Below are positions 51,641-61,540 of a stretch of DNA of 64,000 bases, piece after piece. A program made the translations under genes and the position numbers. The notes under the pieces are model-generated. The model ran no database searches and was not told where the DNA came from. It saw only the letters and a program-made list of their open reading frames with translations. This DNA comes from an uncultured delta proteobacterium (GTDB lineage Bacteria > Desulfobacterota > Desulfomonilia > UBA1062), in the NCBI GenBank assembly GCA_963798485.1, contig CAWCTR010000008.1, forward strand, positions 64,001 to 128,000. The letters are read 5' to 3'. Position 1 is the stretch's first letter; the number at the start of each line of letters is the position of its first letter.

Positions 51641-52201
51641 ATGGAAGACACAATTTCTGCAATCTTTGAGGAAAGCAAAGGCCTCCATGAACGGCTTATG
51701 CCTTTGGCCCCGAAGATCGAGCAGGCTGCCCGGTTGATGATTGAATGTATCGAAGTGGGCGGCAAGATCATGTTTGCAGGAAATGGCGGGTCGGCAGCCG
51801 ATGCCCAGCATCTTGCCGCAGAGCTGGTGAATAGGTTCAAGAAAGAGCGCAGGCCGATGGCAGGCCTTGCGCTCACTACCGATACCTCGGTGATTACTGC
51901 AATCGGGAACGACTATTCCTTTGATGAGATATTCGCAAAACAGATCATGGCCGTCGGCAGGGCAGGGGACCTTTTTGTCAGTATATCCACAAGCGGCAAT
52001 TCAAGAGATATTATCAGGGCTATCGAGACTGCCCGTGACATGGGCATAGCCACCATAGCCCTTATAGGTGAAGGCGGGAAGATCAAGGACCTTGCAGGCT
52101 GCGCCATCGCTGTACCTTCCTGCAACACCCCGAGGGTCCAGGAGGTGCATATCCTCATCGGCCACATCCTGTGCGAACTCCTCGAAAATGCCTTGAGCTG
52201 A
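51641..52201 (+). CDS. gmhA: phosphoheptose isomerase
   Basis: GNGGSAADAQHLAAEL, NDYSF, ISTSGNS, TPRVQEVHILIGHILC. Confidence 0.96.
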   Translation: MEDTISAIFEESKGLHERLMPLAPKIEQAARLMIECIEVGGKIMFAGNGGSAADAQHLAAELVNRFKKERRPMAGLALTTDTSVITAIGNDYSFDEIFAKQIMAVGRAGDLFVSISTSGNSRDIIRAIETARDMGIATIALIGEGGKIKDLAGCAIAVPSCNTPRVQEVHILIGHILCELLENALS

Positions 52202-52202
52202 T

Positions 52203-52231
52203 TTGACAAATGCCAACAGAGGTACTATTAA
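52203..52231 (+). promoter_or_regulatory. sigma70 promoter of ssrA
   Basis: TTGACA (52203-52208), 17 bp, TATTAA (52226-52231). Confidence 0.65.
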
Positions 52232-52245
52232 CAAGTATAACCCAT

Positions 52246-52600
52246 GGGGGCGTAATGGGTTCGACGGGGGTAGTTGATACCCAAGGAGCATGCCGAGTTC
52301 TGCTGACTCGTAAAACAGGCAGAGACACGATAAGTGCCGACGATTATAACTACGCAATGGCTGCTTAACGAGTAGCCCGTCTAAGCATGACCCCGCCCAT
52401 CGGATCATGTTTGGGCGTCAAATTAAGATGGGCAAACCCTGCAGTCAGACCCCTGGGTTGCAGGGTATCAAAGAGGGGTTGGGGCCGGGAAGCCTGTCTG
52501 TGGGCGGAACGAGCCCGAGACATTAATACACTGACTAAGCATGTAGACGCCTTGTGTTGAAGGCCTTCGGACGGGGGTTCGATTCCCCCCGCCTCCACCA
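52246..52600 (+). ncRNA. ssrA: tmRNA
   Basis: 5' GGGGGCG...GGTTCGAC; 3' T-arm GGGGGTTCGATTCCCCC and CGCCTCCACCA; tag frame 52336-52368 ADDYNYAMAA*. Confidence 0.96.
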
Positions 52601-53033
52601 AAAAATATAATATAATCAATAGGTTGAATATTGTATATCATAAGTGACATTACTGTAAGCAATTAGTATATCGTCTGATAAACCGCATAGTTCCTGGGTT
52701 TCCTGGAACTTACATACCGTAAAGCGCACAAAGAGTAATATGATGTGTAAAAGAGGTGTGGACTATCTTAAACAGCAGGCTGGATGTAGGAGTACGGGGG
52801 TGCAGTTTTTACTATGTAGCCAGCAGTTTCATGGATCGATTGAAATATATTGAGTAGGAAAATCAGTCCGAAGAATTGATTACTCATCATCATGATTTAA
52901 GCGAGAACCTCCAATCTATTGAGTCCAAGCATATCAGGCTATCAGTTTAAATCTCTTCGCAAATTGCTAGCATTCCTAGCATTACAGGTACTATTATAAA
53001 CTAAGATTGAATGGATGTCCCAAGTAGCAGTTT

Positions 53034-53130
53034 TATTGCCTAACAATTGCTTTGCAAACAACAAATGTTAGGCAATATTTCTGTTGATTTATTGCCTAAC
53101 AATATCTATAATTAATCAGAATGTTAGGCA
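53034..53130 (+). promoter_or_regulatory. promoter with two tandem palindromic operators
   Basis: TGCCTAACA-N20-TGTTAGGCA twice, 56 bp apart; TTGATT (53084)-17-TATAAT (53107), with the -10 inside the second palindrome. Confidence 0.8.
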
Positions 53131-53140
53131 GAGGTCAGAT

Positions 53141-53455
53141 ATGAGTGTCATAAGGGGTATTTTAGAAGAAGAATGCGACCGGTTGGAAGAGCTTTCTGTT
53201 TTCTATAAGGAAAAGATTGCAGAAGCCCCTCGTGGATCGATATCAGTGAAGGGAAGGGGTGGAAAGAAGTATATCTATCTCGCACGTCGTGAAGACAAGA
53301 AGATCATTTTCGAGTATGTCGGGAAAGATGTTCCCGAAGTCCGAAATGCCCTCAATGAACGTATAAGGCAGAGGAAAGAATATCAGGCAAAGCTGCGCCA
53401 AGCGAGGGAAAATCTCAAGGAAGTAAAGAGGGCCCTTCGTGGAAAAAGAGCATGA
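53141..53455 (+). CDS. small basic protein, putative DNA-binding antitoxin (DUF6788-like)
   Basis: PRGSISVKGRGGKKYIYLARREDKKIIFEYVGK flanked by helices; overlaps the next gene. Confidence 0.6.
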   Translation: MSVIRGILEEECDRLEELSVFYKEKIAEAPRGSISVKGRGGKKYIYLARREDKKIIFEYVGKDVPEVRNALNERIRQRKEYQAKLRQARENLKEVKRALRGKRA

Positions 53456-54122
53456 TCTATTCCTCGTCATATTAGCCAAGCTCGATAAGGAAGAGGTTCT
53501 CCAGGACATCATTCTTATAGGCGGCTGGTGTCCTCTCATTTACAAGGAATATTTCGGTAACCCGGTGGAGATTTCCATGCAACGGACAGCCGATTTGGAT
53601 TTCCTGATTCCCAACCCTCCACGGATACATAAAGACGTCGATGTCTCTCTGATCTTGGAAGGTTTGGGCTTTGACAAGAAATTATCGTTGTTGGACGGTT
53701 ATGAGAAGTATGTCCATCCGGATCTGGAAGTTGAATTTCTCACACCTGAAAAGGGTAGAGGGCGGGATAAGCCCTATACAATTGATAAACTCCACATTAA
53801 TGCGCAAGGGCTGAGGTATCTGGATCTTATACAGTCTTACATAATGAAAACCGTATACAATGGAATATCAATCAATGTGCCGGAGCCGACGGCCTATGTT
53901 TTACACAAGTTCATCGTAAGCGGTAGGCGCAAGAAGTCTTTTAAGCGGGAGAAGGATATCGAAACCGCGCGACAACTTGGAGAATACCTTTTAGAGCAAG
54001 AGAAGCAGAGGAAAAGAATGCATGAGATTTATGTGGACATGGCTGATAAGTGGAAGAGAGATCTCATGAGAATCGTGAAAGGAGCTTCAGAAAAGATCTA
54101 CACATTTTTGAATTCTATTTAG
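53439..54122 (+). CDS. nucleotidyltransferase-fold protein (GSU2403-like)
   Basis: LIGGWC, RTADLDFLIP, VEFLTP, VPEPTAYVLHKF, KREKD. Confidence 0.78.
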   Translation: MEKEHDLFLVILAKLDKEEVLQDIILIGGWCPLIYKEYFGNPVEISMQRTADLDFLIPNPPRIHKDVDVSLILEGLGFDKKLSLLDGYEKYVHPDLEVEFLTPEKGRGRDKPYTIDKLHINAQGLRYLDLIQSYIMKTVYNGISINVPEPTAYVLHKFIVSGRRKKSFKREKDIETARQLGEYLLEQEKQRKRMHEIYVDMADKWKRDLMRIVKGASEKIYTFLNSI

Positions 54123-54455
54123 AAATAGTGTGCTGCAAGTGATGTCAATCCATCGTGCTGTTCCTATGGCAAAGTCACTCAGACGATGAATCTCCCATAA
54201 GTGCAATTCTCCAGCCTATGGACCGAACAGTATGCGAAAGATTTAACCGCGCACACGCAAGAAGATCAGTTGTAACGATGTGTTCATTCGTTCGCTTTCA
54301 CCATACATACGTGCTGCATGACCATACAAATATTAATACAACAGTCACTGTTAAGGTTGTCCTAGAACTATCCATATCAAGAACCTAATTTGTGCAAAAC
54401 CTGTGTAGCAAGATTATAATACCTTATAATCATTATCAATAAATTACTATGAGAA

Positions 54456-54474
54456 GGGTTCGATTCCCCCCGCC
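54456..54474 (+). repeat. att site: duplicated ssrA 3' end
   Basis: Identical to 52575-52593; followed by tandem 11-mers CTCGCCCGCAA/CTCACCCGTAA (54514-54535), possible arm sites. Confidence 0.85.
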
Positions 54475-54541
54475 ACTTTAGTGATTAATATTAGGTAGAT
54501 ACATTATTTTACTCTCGCCCGCAACTCACCCGTAATAGGTA

Positions 54542-55666
54542 TCACTTTTTTTCAAGGATTTCCCTCTTTTTCGCGACACTTGCCTTAGCGTATGCCTCGG
54601 TGCTCTCGATTCTTGCCCAATCACCAGCAATCTGAAGCTCCGCTCGCGTGATCCCTACTTCATTCATCAGTTGAGAGGCCCGGCTTGTTTTCGTGCCACG
54701 GTACACATCAATGTTCTCCCCTGCTTTCCCACAGGCCTCTTTCCAGATTCTTCGATAGACCTTCTCAGTGTATCTTTTCCCTGGTACCCGAGAATCTCTA
54801 CAGGTGAAGAGGAAAGGGCTGAATGGATTGCTGTTCATAGCCAAATTAAGGTAAGGTTTAAACTCAGAATGGCAGGGTATGATGTGGATCTCACCAGTCT
54901 TTGTCCTATCAATCAACTGGCCATTGCTTACGCCCCTTCTGACGATAAATATATCCTGGTCTGAATCATAATCTTCTTTAAGTAAGGCACAGGCTTCTCC
55001 AGGTCTCCTAAGATGGAGATACAACCACATGAAGAAAGGTTTATCCTCTTCGGGTATATACTTTATTACTTCATTATAACGTTCTGTGGGCAACCATACC
55101 GGTTGCTTCTGTCTGATGTCATAAAGGTTCCGTTCCGGGAAAGGAGGAACAGCTTGGATACGTTCAGACTTCCAGGCATATTTTAAGCAGCAACGCAGCG
55201 TATCGACTACGTTCTTTTTATTCTTACCCGAGCCTTTGACACAGTTAAGGAGCTGCACCAGGGTATCATATTTGATCTCATGGAGCATGATTTGATTCTG
55301 TTCGAAGAAGGGAACAAGGTGCTGCTCGACAGCTGTCCTATACTTCTTATATCCGCCAGGGGTCAACGTGGGATGCCGTGCATCAAGCCAGGATCTTAGG
55401 TAAGGAATAACATCGGTATAAATTTCACCAATGTATTTCTCGATCCTAAAGACACCTCGTTCGGTATCACCTTGCATGAGGGCCATAAGTTTATCGGCCT
55501 TCCTCTTTCCGATATCATGTTTTTCAATCGGGTGGGTCTGGTACATTACCTCGGTTTCGCCGGGGTAGCGGGATATCTTGTATTCCTTGTTGTGTGGAAC
55601 ATGCCACCAGTGAACCCGCCAGTAAGGCCGGTTTACGTCTGTCCTTAGTTTGACACACCCCTTCAT
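54542..55666 (-). CDS. tyrosine recombinase/integrase
   Basis: LRRPGEACAL, TKTG, C-terminal TEAYA; ends ~70 bp from the att copy; start behind GGAGG. Confidence 0.88.
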   Translation of the reverse strand: MKGCVKLRTDVNRPYWRVHWWHVPHNKEYKISRYPGETEVMYQTHPIEKHDIGKRKADKLMALMQGDTERGVFRIEKYIGEIYTDVIPYLRSWLDARHPTLTPGGYKKYRTAVEQHLVPFFEQNQIMLHEIKYDTLVQLLNCVKGSGKNKKNVVDTLRCCLKYAWKSERIQAVPPFPERNLYDIRQKQPVWLPTERYNEVIKYIPEEDKPFFMWLYLHLRRPGEACALLKEDYDSDQDIFIVRRGVSNGQLIDRTKTGEIHIIPCHSEFKPYLNLAMNSNPFSPFLFTCRDSRVPGKRYTEKVYRRIWKEACGKAGENIDVYRGTKTSRASQLMNEVGITRAELQIAGDWARIESTEAYAKASVAKKREILEKK

Positions 55667-55982
55667 ACATAGACCTCCCACATTGCAATTGGGAGATATT
55701 ATGGAATTGGGCGCTATTCCCGCCAAGTTGATAGTGGTATCCAAGTGTCCTTCCTCCATTGCAGAAAAAAATAAAAACCAACTTTTTCCTCCCTTGCCCC
55801 TTTCACAGATGAATGAAGGGGAAGGGAGGAACGACCGGAGAAAGAACAGCCTGGAAGGCTCACCTTATGTGGTCACAGATTGTGGCCACGGAGGACCCCC
55901 GAAGCGCAGCAAGAAGCATGACAACAGTTTTTTGTTGGCGTGCTGCTTTCTCAGCGAGCGGAGGGGGCTTTTAGATTATTTT

Positions 55983-56029
55983 GATCATTTGCAAAACGTT
56001 ACAATAAGTGTTACTTTCTTCAAACGATC
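55983..56029. promoter_or_regulatory. putative AbiEi operator
   Basis: Imperfect 21-bp IR (16/21) with a 5-bp spacer just upstream of abiEi. Confidence 0.5.
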
Positions 56030-56051
56030 CATATTCTATTCTGAGGCAGAT

Positions 56052-56831
56052 ATGTATACGGGATTCATAGATGAACTTGTTGCCAAGGGACGCTTTTGCT
56101 TCACGATAGACGATATCAAGAAGCTGACGAATGGGTCCCAGCAAACGATCAGGGTTGCGCTGTATCGGCAGCAGAAAAAGGGCGAACTCGTTATGCCACA
56201 TCGGGGGTTTTATGTCATTCTGCCTCCTGAACATCGATCACGGGGTTGCCTGCCCCCGGAGCAGTTCATCCCGGACCTGATGGAGTATCTGAGAGAAACC
56301 TATTATGTCGGGCTGCTCAGTGCTGCTGAATACTATGGAGCAGCCCACCAGCGGCCCCAGGTCTTTCAGGTTATCGTTGCAAAAAGCCGCAGGCCCCTCA
56401 GATGCGGTAAAGTCACTGTACAGTTTATCTTCAGGAAGAATGCAGCCAAGATTCCGACCCAGTCGAGGAATACCCCTGCCGGGATCATAAAGATAGCCAC
56501 CCCTGAAGCCACGGCGCTGGATCTCATCGGATATGTCAAACATTGTGCAGGTCTGGACAATGTTGCCACGACACTGACAGAACTCTCTGAAAAGATCGAG
56601 GTGAAGCGTCTCATCGAGATTGCAGAACTATCACCCATTGCATGGGTGCAGAGGCTTGGGTATCTGTTCGATCGGATAGGTGAGCAGGAGAAGGCCTCTG
56701 TGCTTACAGACTACCTGATTAAAAAACACCCTTCACCCACTGCATTGATACCCACCATCACTATGAAGGGATCAAAGAAGGACGACCGGTGGCAAATTTT
56801 TGTCAATGCCGACGTGGAGTCTGAAGTTTGA
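56052..56831 (+). CDS. abiEi: type IV TA antitoxin AbiEi
   Basis: N-terminal wHTH, YYVGLLSAAEYYGAAHQRPQ, ATPEATALDL, QRLGYL. Confidence 0.88.
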   Translation: MYTGFIDELVAKGRFCFTIDDIKKLTNGSQQTIRVALYRQQKKGELVMPHRGFYVILPPEHRSRGCLPPEQFIPDLMEYLRETYYVGLLSAAEYYGAAHQRPQVFQVIVAKSRRPLRCGKVTVQFIFRKNAAKIPTQSRNTPAGIIKIATPEATALDLIGYVKHCAGLDNVATTLTELSEKIEVKRLIEIAELSPIAWVQRLGYLFDRIGEQEKASVLTDYLIKKHPSPTALIPTITMKGSKKDDRWQIFVNADVESEV

Positions 56832-57634
56832 TACCCCTGGCATATATCAACGAGTGGCAGCAGTTCGCCCCATGGCCGATGAGATCGCAGGTCGAGCAGG
56901 ACCTGATCATCTGCAGGGCACTTGTTGAAATATTCAATGATCCATTCCTGTCCAATGAACTCGCATTTCGTGGTGGAACAGCACTCTTCAAATTATATCT
57001 GCCACCGGCCAGGTATTCAGAAGACATCGACTTTGTACGGGTGAAGGCTGGTCCTATTGGTCCTGTCATGGATGCACTCCGGGAAAGACTCAACCCATGG
57101 CTGGGAACTCCAAAGCGAAAGCAATCAGAAGGAAGGATAACATTAATTTACAGATTTGAATCTGAGGAAGGCTTGCCGTTGAGGTTGAAGGTTGAGATCA
57201 ATTCCCGGGAGCAGTTCTCGGTTCTGGGGTTTGAAAGAAAGGATTTTACCATCAAATCGAGGTGGTATTCCGGAGGCACTTCTATCCTGACCTATCAGCT
57301 TGATGAACTACTGGGAACAAAATTACGAGCACTCTACCAGCGGAAAAAAGGGCGAGACTTGTTTGATATCTGGAAGGCATGTACGGACATGGATGCCAAT
57401 CCGGAACGGATAGTAAGTTGCTTCCTGAATTATATGGAACATGAAGGCCATACAATATCACGTGCTGAGTTTGAGAAGAACCTGTATGAAAAGTTGAACG
57501 ACCCTCGTTTCCTAGATGACATAGACCCCTTGTTGATGATTGACAGTGACTGGGATCTTCATAAAGCGATGGAGTATGTACTTGATAAAGTTGTAACATT
57601 AATCCCTGGAGATCCTTGGAAAGGTTTGTCGTAG
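56828..57634 (+). CDS. abiEii: type IV TA toxin AbiEii nucleotidyltransferase
   Basis: QVEQDL, FRGGTAL, RYSEDIDF, KLRALYQRKKGRDLFD. Confidence 0.92.
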   Translation: MIPLAYINEWQQFAPWPMRSQVEQDLIICRALVEIFNDPFLSNELAFRGGTALFKLYLPPARYSEDIDFVRVKAGPIGPVMDALRERLNPWLGTPKRKQSEGRITLIYRFESEEGLPLRLKVEINSREQFSVLGFERKDFTIKSRWYSGGTSILTYQLDELLGTKLRALYQRKKGRDLFDIWKACTDMDANPERIVSCFLNYMEHEGHTISRAEFEKNLYEKLNDPRFLDDIDPLLMIDSDWDLHKAMEYVLDKVVTLIPGDPWKGLS

Positions 57635-58231
57635 TCCTGCATTATAATGTGAAACAACAAAGTAAAATCTCTTGTTTGATCCTTCTTTTTTCTACTGATA
57701 TTTCCCAAGTGAACCTGATTTTTTCGGATGCATTCCTACCGCTTAAAAGAATATAAGTACAAATATTTTACCCCTTTTTTATTCATGTTCTGTCCTATCG
57801 ATTCTTCCGTGCTGATGTAATGCAACCCTGGATCAAGATAAATAGGTTTTATCAGGACATATATTGAGTACAATAATATCTGAGTTGCCTCATCAAACAC
57901 ATTAATGAATAACCTCAACAGGCAAGCCAACCATGCCCTAAACAAATTATATCTTCTCATAATAGTATCATCTGATAAATTACTGAAACATAATGGTATA
58001 AAATTACATTCCCGTTGTACACGTCAATTTATCTCGAGCAGGATTTATATTCATAAAATAATTATTATGCCTGATGCACCTCCCCAAGACATATTACAAC
58101 TTGATACGCCTGAAACAACAGCTGATCAATCTCTTTTTATCATTAATTATTAACACAGTACTCATCAATTGTCCTTATATTAATTGATAATGGCTATTGG
58201 TTGAGGGGTAAGATATGTTTACCCACAAAAA

Positions 58232-58987
58232 TCAAATAAGCCCCCAAAACATTTTGGCGGCAATTGCGTAGAGCACGATGCCAATTACTTTCTTCACCTG
58301 ACCCGCCTCAAGCTTATGTTGCATGAGCCATGATCCAAGCAGGGCACCGGCCACAGACCCAATGGCTGAAAATGCAAGCAGCGTCATATTGATCTTTTCT
58401 AGAGCAGCGTGCCCAAAAAATCCACTCAGGGAAGAAAATACCACTATGAACGCAGTAGTGGCGGAGGCACGTTTGGGGTCAAAACCAAGCCAGACTAGGG
58501 CGGGAACAATAAAGTTGCCTCCCCCCACTCCCAGGAGCCCCCCAAGATACCCTGCGCCGATACCCAGACCGATGCCCGTCTTTATCTCTCTATCCCGATG
58601 CCCAGCATGATCGATCCGGACCTGTGGTTTGTAGAAAAGCATCATGGACCCGGCAAAAATTAGAAAAAGAGAAAAAAGTATGATCAGCAAGCTCTTGGGA
58701 AACAAGTGTGCCGAATAGGCACCGAGTGGTGAAAACACAATCGCCAGAAGGATGATTGGTATAGCAGTTTTGAATACCACTAGCCTGTACCTTATGTAGT
58801 TGAACGAGGCAAAACTCATACTGAGGGCATTCAGGAGCAGGGCAACAGCCATTGCCTCCGTCAAGGGGAAGCCGAGCCAGTAGAAGGTGGGGATGATGAT
58901 GAATGCTGCCCCGACACCCGCAATTGTGAGCACTGTGGTGAAGAGAAAAACAAGTACCGATGCGATAATAATCGTGGAAGTCAGCAT
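58232..58987 (-). CDS. TauE/SafE sulfite exporter family protein
   Basis: Multi-TM protein with GLLGVGGGNFIVP motif. Confidence 0.88.
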   Translation of the reverse strand: MLTSTIIIASVLVFLFTTVLTIAGVGAAFIIIPTFYWLGFPLTEAMAVALLLNALSMSFASFNYIRYRLVVFKTAIPIILLAIVFSPLGAYSAHLFPKSLLIILFSLFLIFAGSMMLFYKPQVRIDHAGHRDREIKTGIGLGIGAGYLGGLLGVGGGNFIVPALVWLGFDPKRASATTAFIVVFSSLSGFFGHAALEKINMTLLAFSAIGSVAGALLGSWLMQHKLEAGQVKKVIGIVLYAIAAKMFWGLI

Positions 58988-59016
58988 TCCTCATCCCCTT
59001 TTATTTTGTTCTATAA

Positions 59017-59625
59017 TTACCTATTCGATTCGCTGCACGGGATGCAGAGCAGCTTGCCTCCGGGACCTTCCTTCAGCTTGTCCGTAAAAACGGCCTCACC
59101 GCACTCCGCACATCTCTTGGTCTCGAAGTTCCCCTTGCCTTTGGGCAGCTTCCTGGTGAACACTTCGCTCAGATTGAGAAAGTCTGCCTCGGGCAGAGAG
59201 AGTACCCGATCCACCTGGGGCTGGGTAATCTCTGCAGGGATATCCTGAGGCAGGACCCCCTCCTTCCTCTTCTGCACAAATGGTGAGGAAAGGGCCTTTT
59301 CAAAGAACTCGGGCTTGAGCGAGACTCTGATGGCCCGGTCTGTAGCTGTATCGATGAGGGTGAAGGCCATCTTGCTGTATCCCAGCTTCTTTATGTTCGA
59401 CTTGCCGTAGGTGGCTCCAGTGGCGACCATGACACCGTCCACGAAGCACCCGGCGGCATGGCCTTCTGCAGTCTCGGCCTCCACCACCAGTTCCTTGTCC
59501 TGTGAGCGTTTCACGCCGAGGACATTCATTGCGGCAAGACCGGCCCTGATCCCCATGGGCATGGCGGGGCATTTGTGTCCGTGAAATTTCAGTCCGACTT
59601 CAAAAAGTTCCTTCAGTTCGTTCAT
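59017..59625 (-). CDS. FmdE-family protein with C-terminal zinc finger
   Basis: FHGHKCP, CFVDGV, CAECGE...CIPC; ATG behind AAGGAG. Confidence 0.88.
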   Translation of the reverse strand: MNELKELFEVGLKFHGHKCPAMPMGIRAGLAAMNVLGVKRSQDKELVVEAETAEGHAAGCFVDGVMVATGATYGKSNIKKLGYSKMAFTLIDTATDRAIRVSLKPEFFEKALSSPFVQKRKEGVLPQDIPAEITQPQVDRVLSLPEADFLNLSEVFTRKLPKGKGNFETKRCAECGEAVFTDKLKEGPGGKLLCIPCSESNR

Positions 59626-59776
59626 AGTTATCTCCTTTCTCTTGGGTACGAATATCCTCGTAACCGAACATGCTAAAGTCTGAACTACATCGTTTGATGA
59701 TCCTTTACTCACAGCAACACTTCCTCTTTGGTCAATCAATAATACCTTTCAATTTTCTCCCGATATCTCTGCATAA

Positions 59777-60124
59777 TTATGCTTGTTTTCTGATACAGCA
59801 TGCGATCTTCATCTGCTCATCAGCCAGGTCGCACACGGCTTGTTCAACACAGGAAAGCATGGAGATAAGGCACGGCATCTTGTTGGAGTAGTAGACATTG
59901 AGGCCGTCCTTCCTTGTGGCTACGAGGCTTGTAGTCCTGAGCACAGCAAGATGCCGTGAGGTATTCGCCACCTTTTCTCCAATGATCTGTACGATATCTC
60001 CCACGGTCTTTTCCCCGGCTGCAAGAGCCTCAAAGATCCTGATCCTTACAGGATGGGCAAGAGCCTTGAGAATAATAGCCTTGTGTTCGGCAGTATCAGT
60101 TACTCTATCTTGTGCCCTTGTCAT
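59777..60124 (-). CDS. ArsR/SmtB-family repressor
   Basis: KALAHPVRIRI, SRHLAVLR, VYYS; C-terminal Cys residues. Confidence 0.9.
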   Translation of the reverse strand: MTRAQDRVTDTAEHKAIILKALAHPVRIRIFEALAAGEKTVGDIVQIIGEKVANTSRHLAVLRTTSLVATRKDGLNVYYSNKMPCLISMLSCVEQAVCDLADEQMKIACCIRKQA

Positions 60125-60152
60125 GTGGAAGTTGTCTCCTTTTGAATAATTA

Positions 60153-60190
60153 CTAATTTACTGAATAGTAAATTAGATGCCGCATGTCAA
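60153..60190 (-). promoter_or_regulatory. ArsR-type operator/promoter
   Basis: Perfect IR CTAATTTACT-GAAT-AGTAAATTAG (60153-60176) over -10 TATTCA; -35 TTGACA at 60190-60185 with 17-bp spacer. Confidence 0.75.
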
Positions 60191-60335
60191 TACCGTTTAT
60201 TACTCTACCGAAAAGAAGCATTTATGCCCTACACGGAAGGAAATAGATATCACCGCAAGAAATTATCAAACTACGATGATCTAATAATTAACATCTACGT
60301 GTAGGGATATCCAATCCTAAATCCTAAAATCCACT

Positions 60336-61511
60336 TCACAAGAGAATCAGTGAAATAACAGATCCTATTAGTACGACATATAAAATGTCTACCTTCCTGA
60401 AAAGGGCTACCGTGGAGGCTGAGACTAATATGATCCTGATCAAATCCCAGTGCACTGTTACTGCAAACTTAATAGTTACAAACATAAGCAGTCCGACAAA
60501 GGAAGCCAAGATCCCCTGAGAAGCACTTATGAAGAGCCTCGATTGCTTCAGCCTATCAAAGAACGGAGCGGTAAAGACAAGTAAAATAAATGAAGGTGTG
60601 AAAATAGCGAGAGTAGCCACGAGAGCACCCAGGAGCCCATTAGTCAATAACCCGACAAAGGTTGCTGTTATGATAATCGGCCCAGGTGTGACCTGACCGA
60701 GTGCGATCCCGTTCATGAATGTCTTGCTGTCCATCCACTTCTGCACATGGACCACCTGCTGCAGCATAAGAGGCAGGGAAGAAAAACCACCCCCAAAGGC
60801 AAACAAGTCTGTCTTGAGCATGAGGAGAGCTAATTTAAAGAGATGCGTATTCAGTAGATAAAGCATTGCAAGACCAGTCAAAACCGGGAGCAACAGCCCC
60901 GCAATGTGGGCAATGGGAAACCCATGCTTTTTCTGTATAGATGCTGAAGGCGAAGGGGTTTTTGTCCACAACAAGGCAATGCCGGCTATTGAAGCACCTA
61001 TGATGATGAAGAAGGGGCTCAAGCTGAAGCTGAAAGCAACTGCGGATGCAGATGCTACGATGACATCGGCAATCCCCTTTATGGACGTTTTGCCAAATGT
61101 ATATGTTGCCATAGCCACAAGGGACACGACGATTATCTGCAGACCTGCAAATATGGATGTTATCCAGTGCAAGTCATGGGAAATGGTATAGAGCAAGGAT
61201 AGTATGGTCATGAAGAAAAAAGCAGGAAGACCAAAACCTATGTATGATAACAAGGCACCCGCCAACCCTCCTACTCTCAATCCCACAAAAGCGGCTACCT
61301 GCATGGCAGTTGCACCGGGGAGAGACTGACAAAGGACAGTACCTTCTTTAAAGGTCTCCTGGTTCAGCCATTTTTTACGCTTTACAGCGAGGTCAGAGAT
61401 ATACGCAACCATGGCAGGGCCGCCGAAGGCTGTCAAACCGAGACGGAGGAAGGAAAAGAACAAGTCCGCGAGTGGAGGCGTCTTCTTTTCCGGGGTCAGA
61501 TTGCTTGACAT
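60336..61511 (-). CDS. chrA: chromate efflux transporter
   Basis: Two CHR repeats: LTAFGG...QSLPG and AFGGG...GQVTPGP. Confidence 0.92.
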   Translation of the reverse strand: MSSNLTPEKKTPPLADLFFSFLRLGLTAFGGPAMVAYISDLAVKRKKWLNQETFKEGTVLCQSLPGATAMQVAAFVGLRVGGLAGALLSYIGFGLPAFFFMTILSLLYTISHDLHWITSIFAGLQIIVVSLVAMATYTFGKTSIKGIADVIVASASAVAFSFSLSPFFIIIGASIAGIALLWTKTPSPSASIQKKHGFPIAHIAGLLLPVLTGLAMLYLLNTHLFKLALLMLKTDLFAFGGGFSSLPLMLQQVVHVQKWMDSKTFMNGIALGQVTPGPIIITATFVGLLTNGLLGALVATLAIFTPSFILLVFTAPFFDRLKQSRLFISASQGILASFVGLLMFVTIKFAVTVHWDLIRIILVSASTVALFRKVDILYVVLIGSVISLILL

Positions 61512-61540
61512 CGATTATTCCATAACCATATGTTCATAAT

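Larger units (their letters stand above)
52575..54474. mobile_element. 1.9-kb integrase-less mini-island at the ssrA 3' end
   Basis: Exact 19-bp direct repeat GGGTTCGATTCCCCCCGCC at 52575-52593 and 54456-54474. Confidence 0.78.

Noticed and set aside
52365-52662. Minus-strand ORFs containing VEAGGIEPPSE
   Set aside because: Antisense translation of tmRNA.
54456-54474. tRNA-like T-arm GGTTCGATTCC
   Set aside because: Only a 19-bp copy of the ssrA 3' end, with no upstream tRNA body; treated as an att site.
55650-56051. Long N-terminal extension on AbiEi
   Set aside because: Overlaps the integrase start and promoter region; AbiEi similarity starts at ATG 56052.
57640-58230. Short ORFs in the AT-rich spacer after abiEii
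   Set aside because: No motifs or clear RBS, and no att copy seen.
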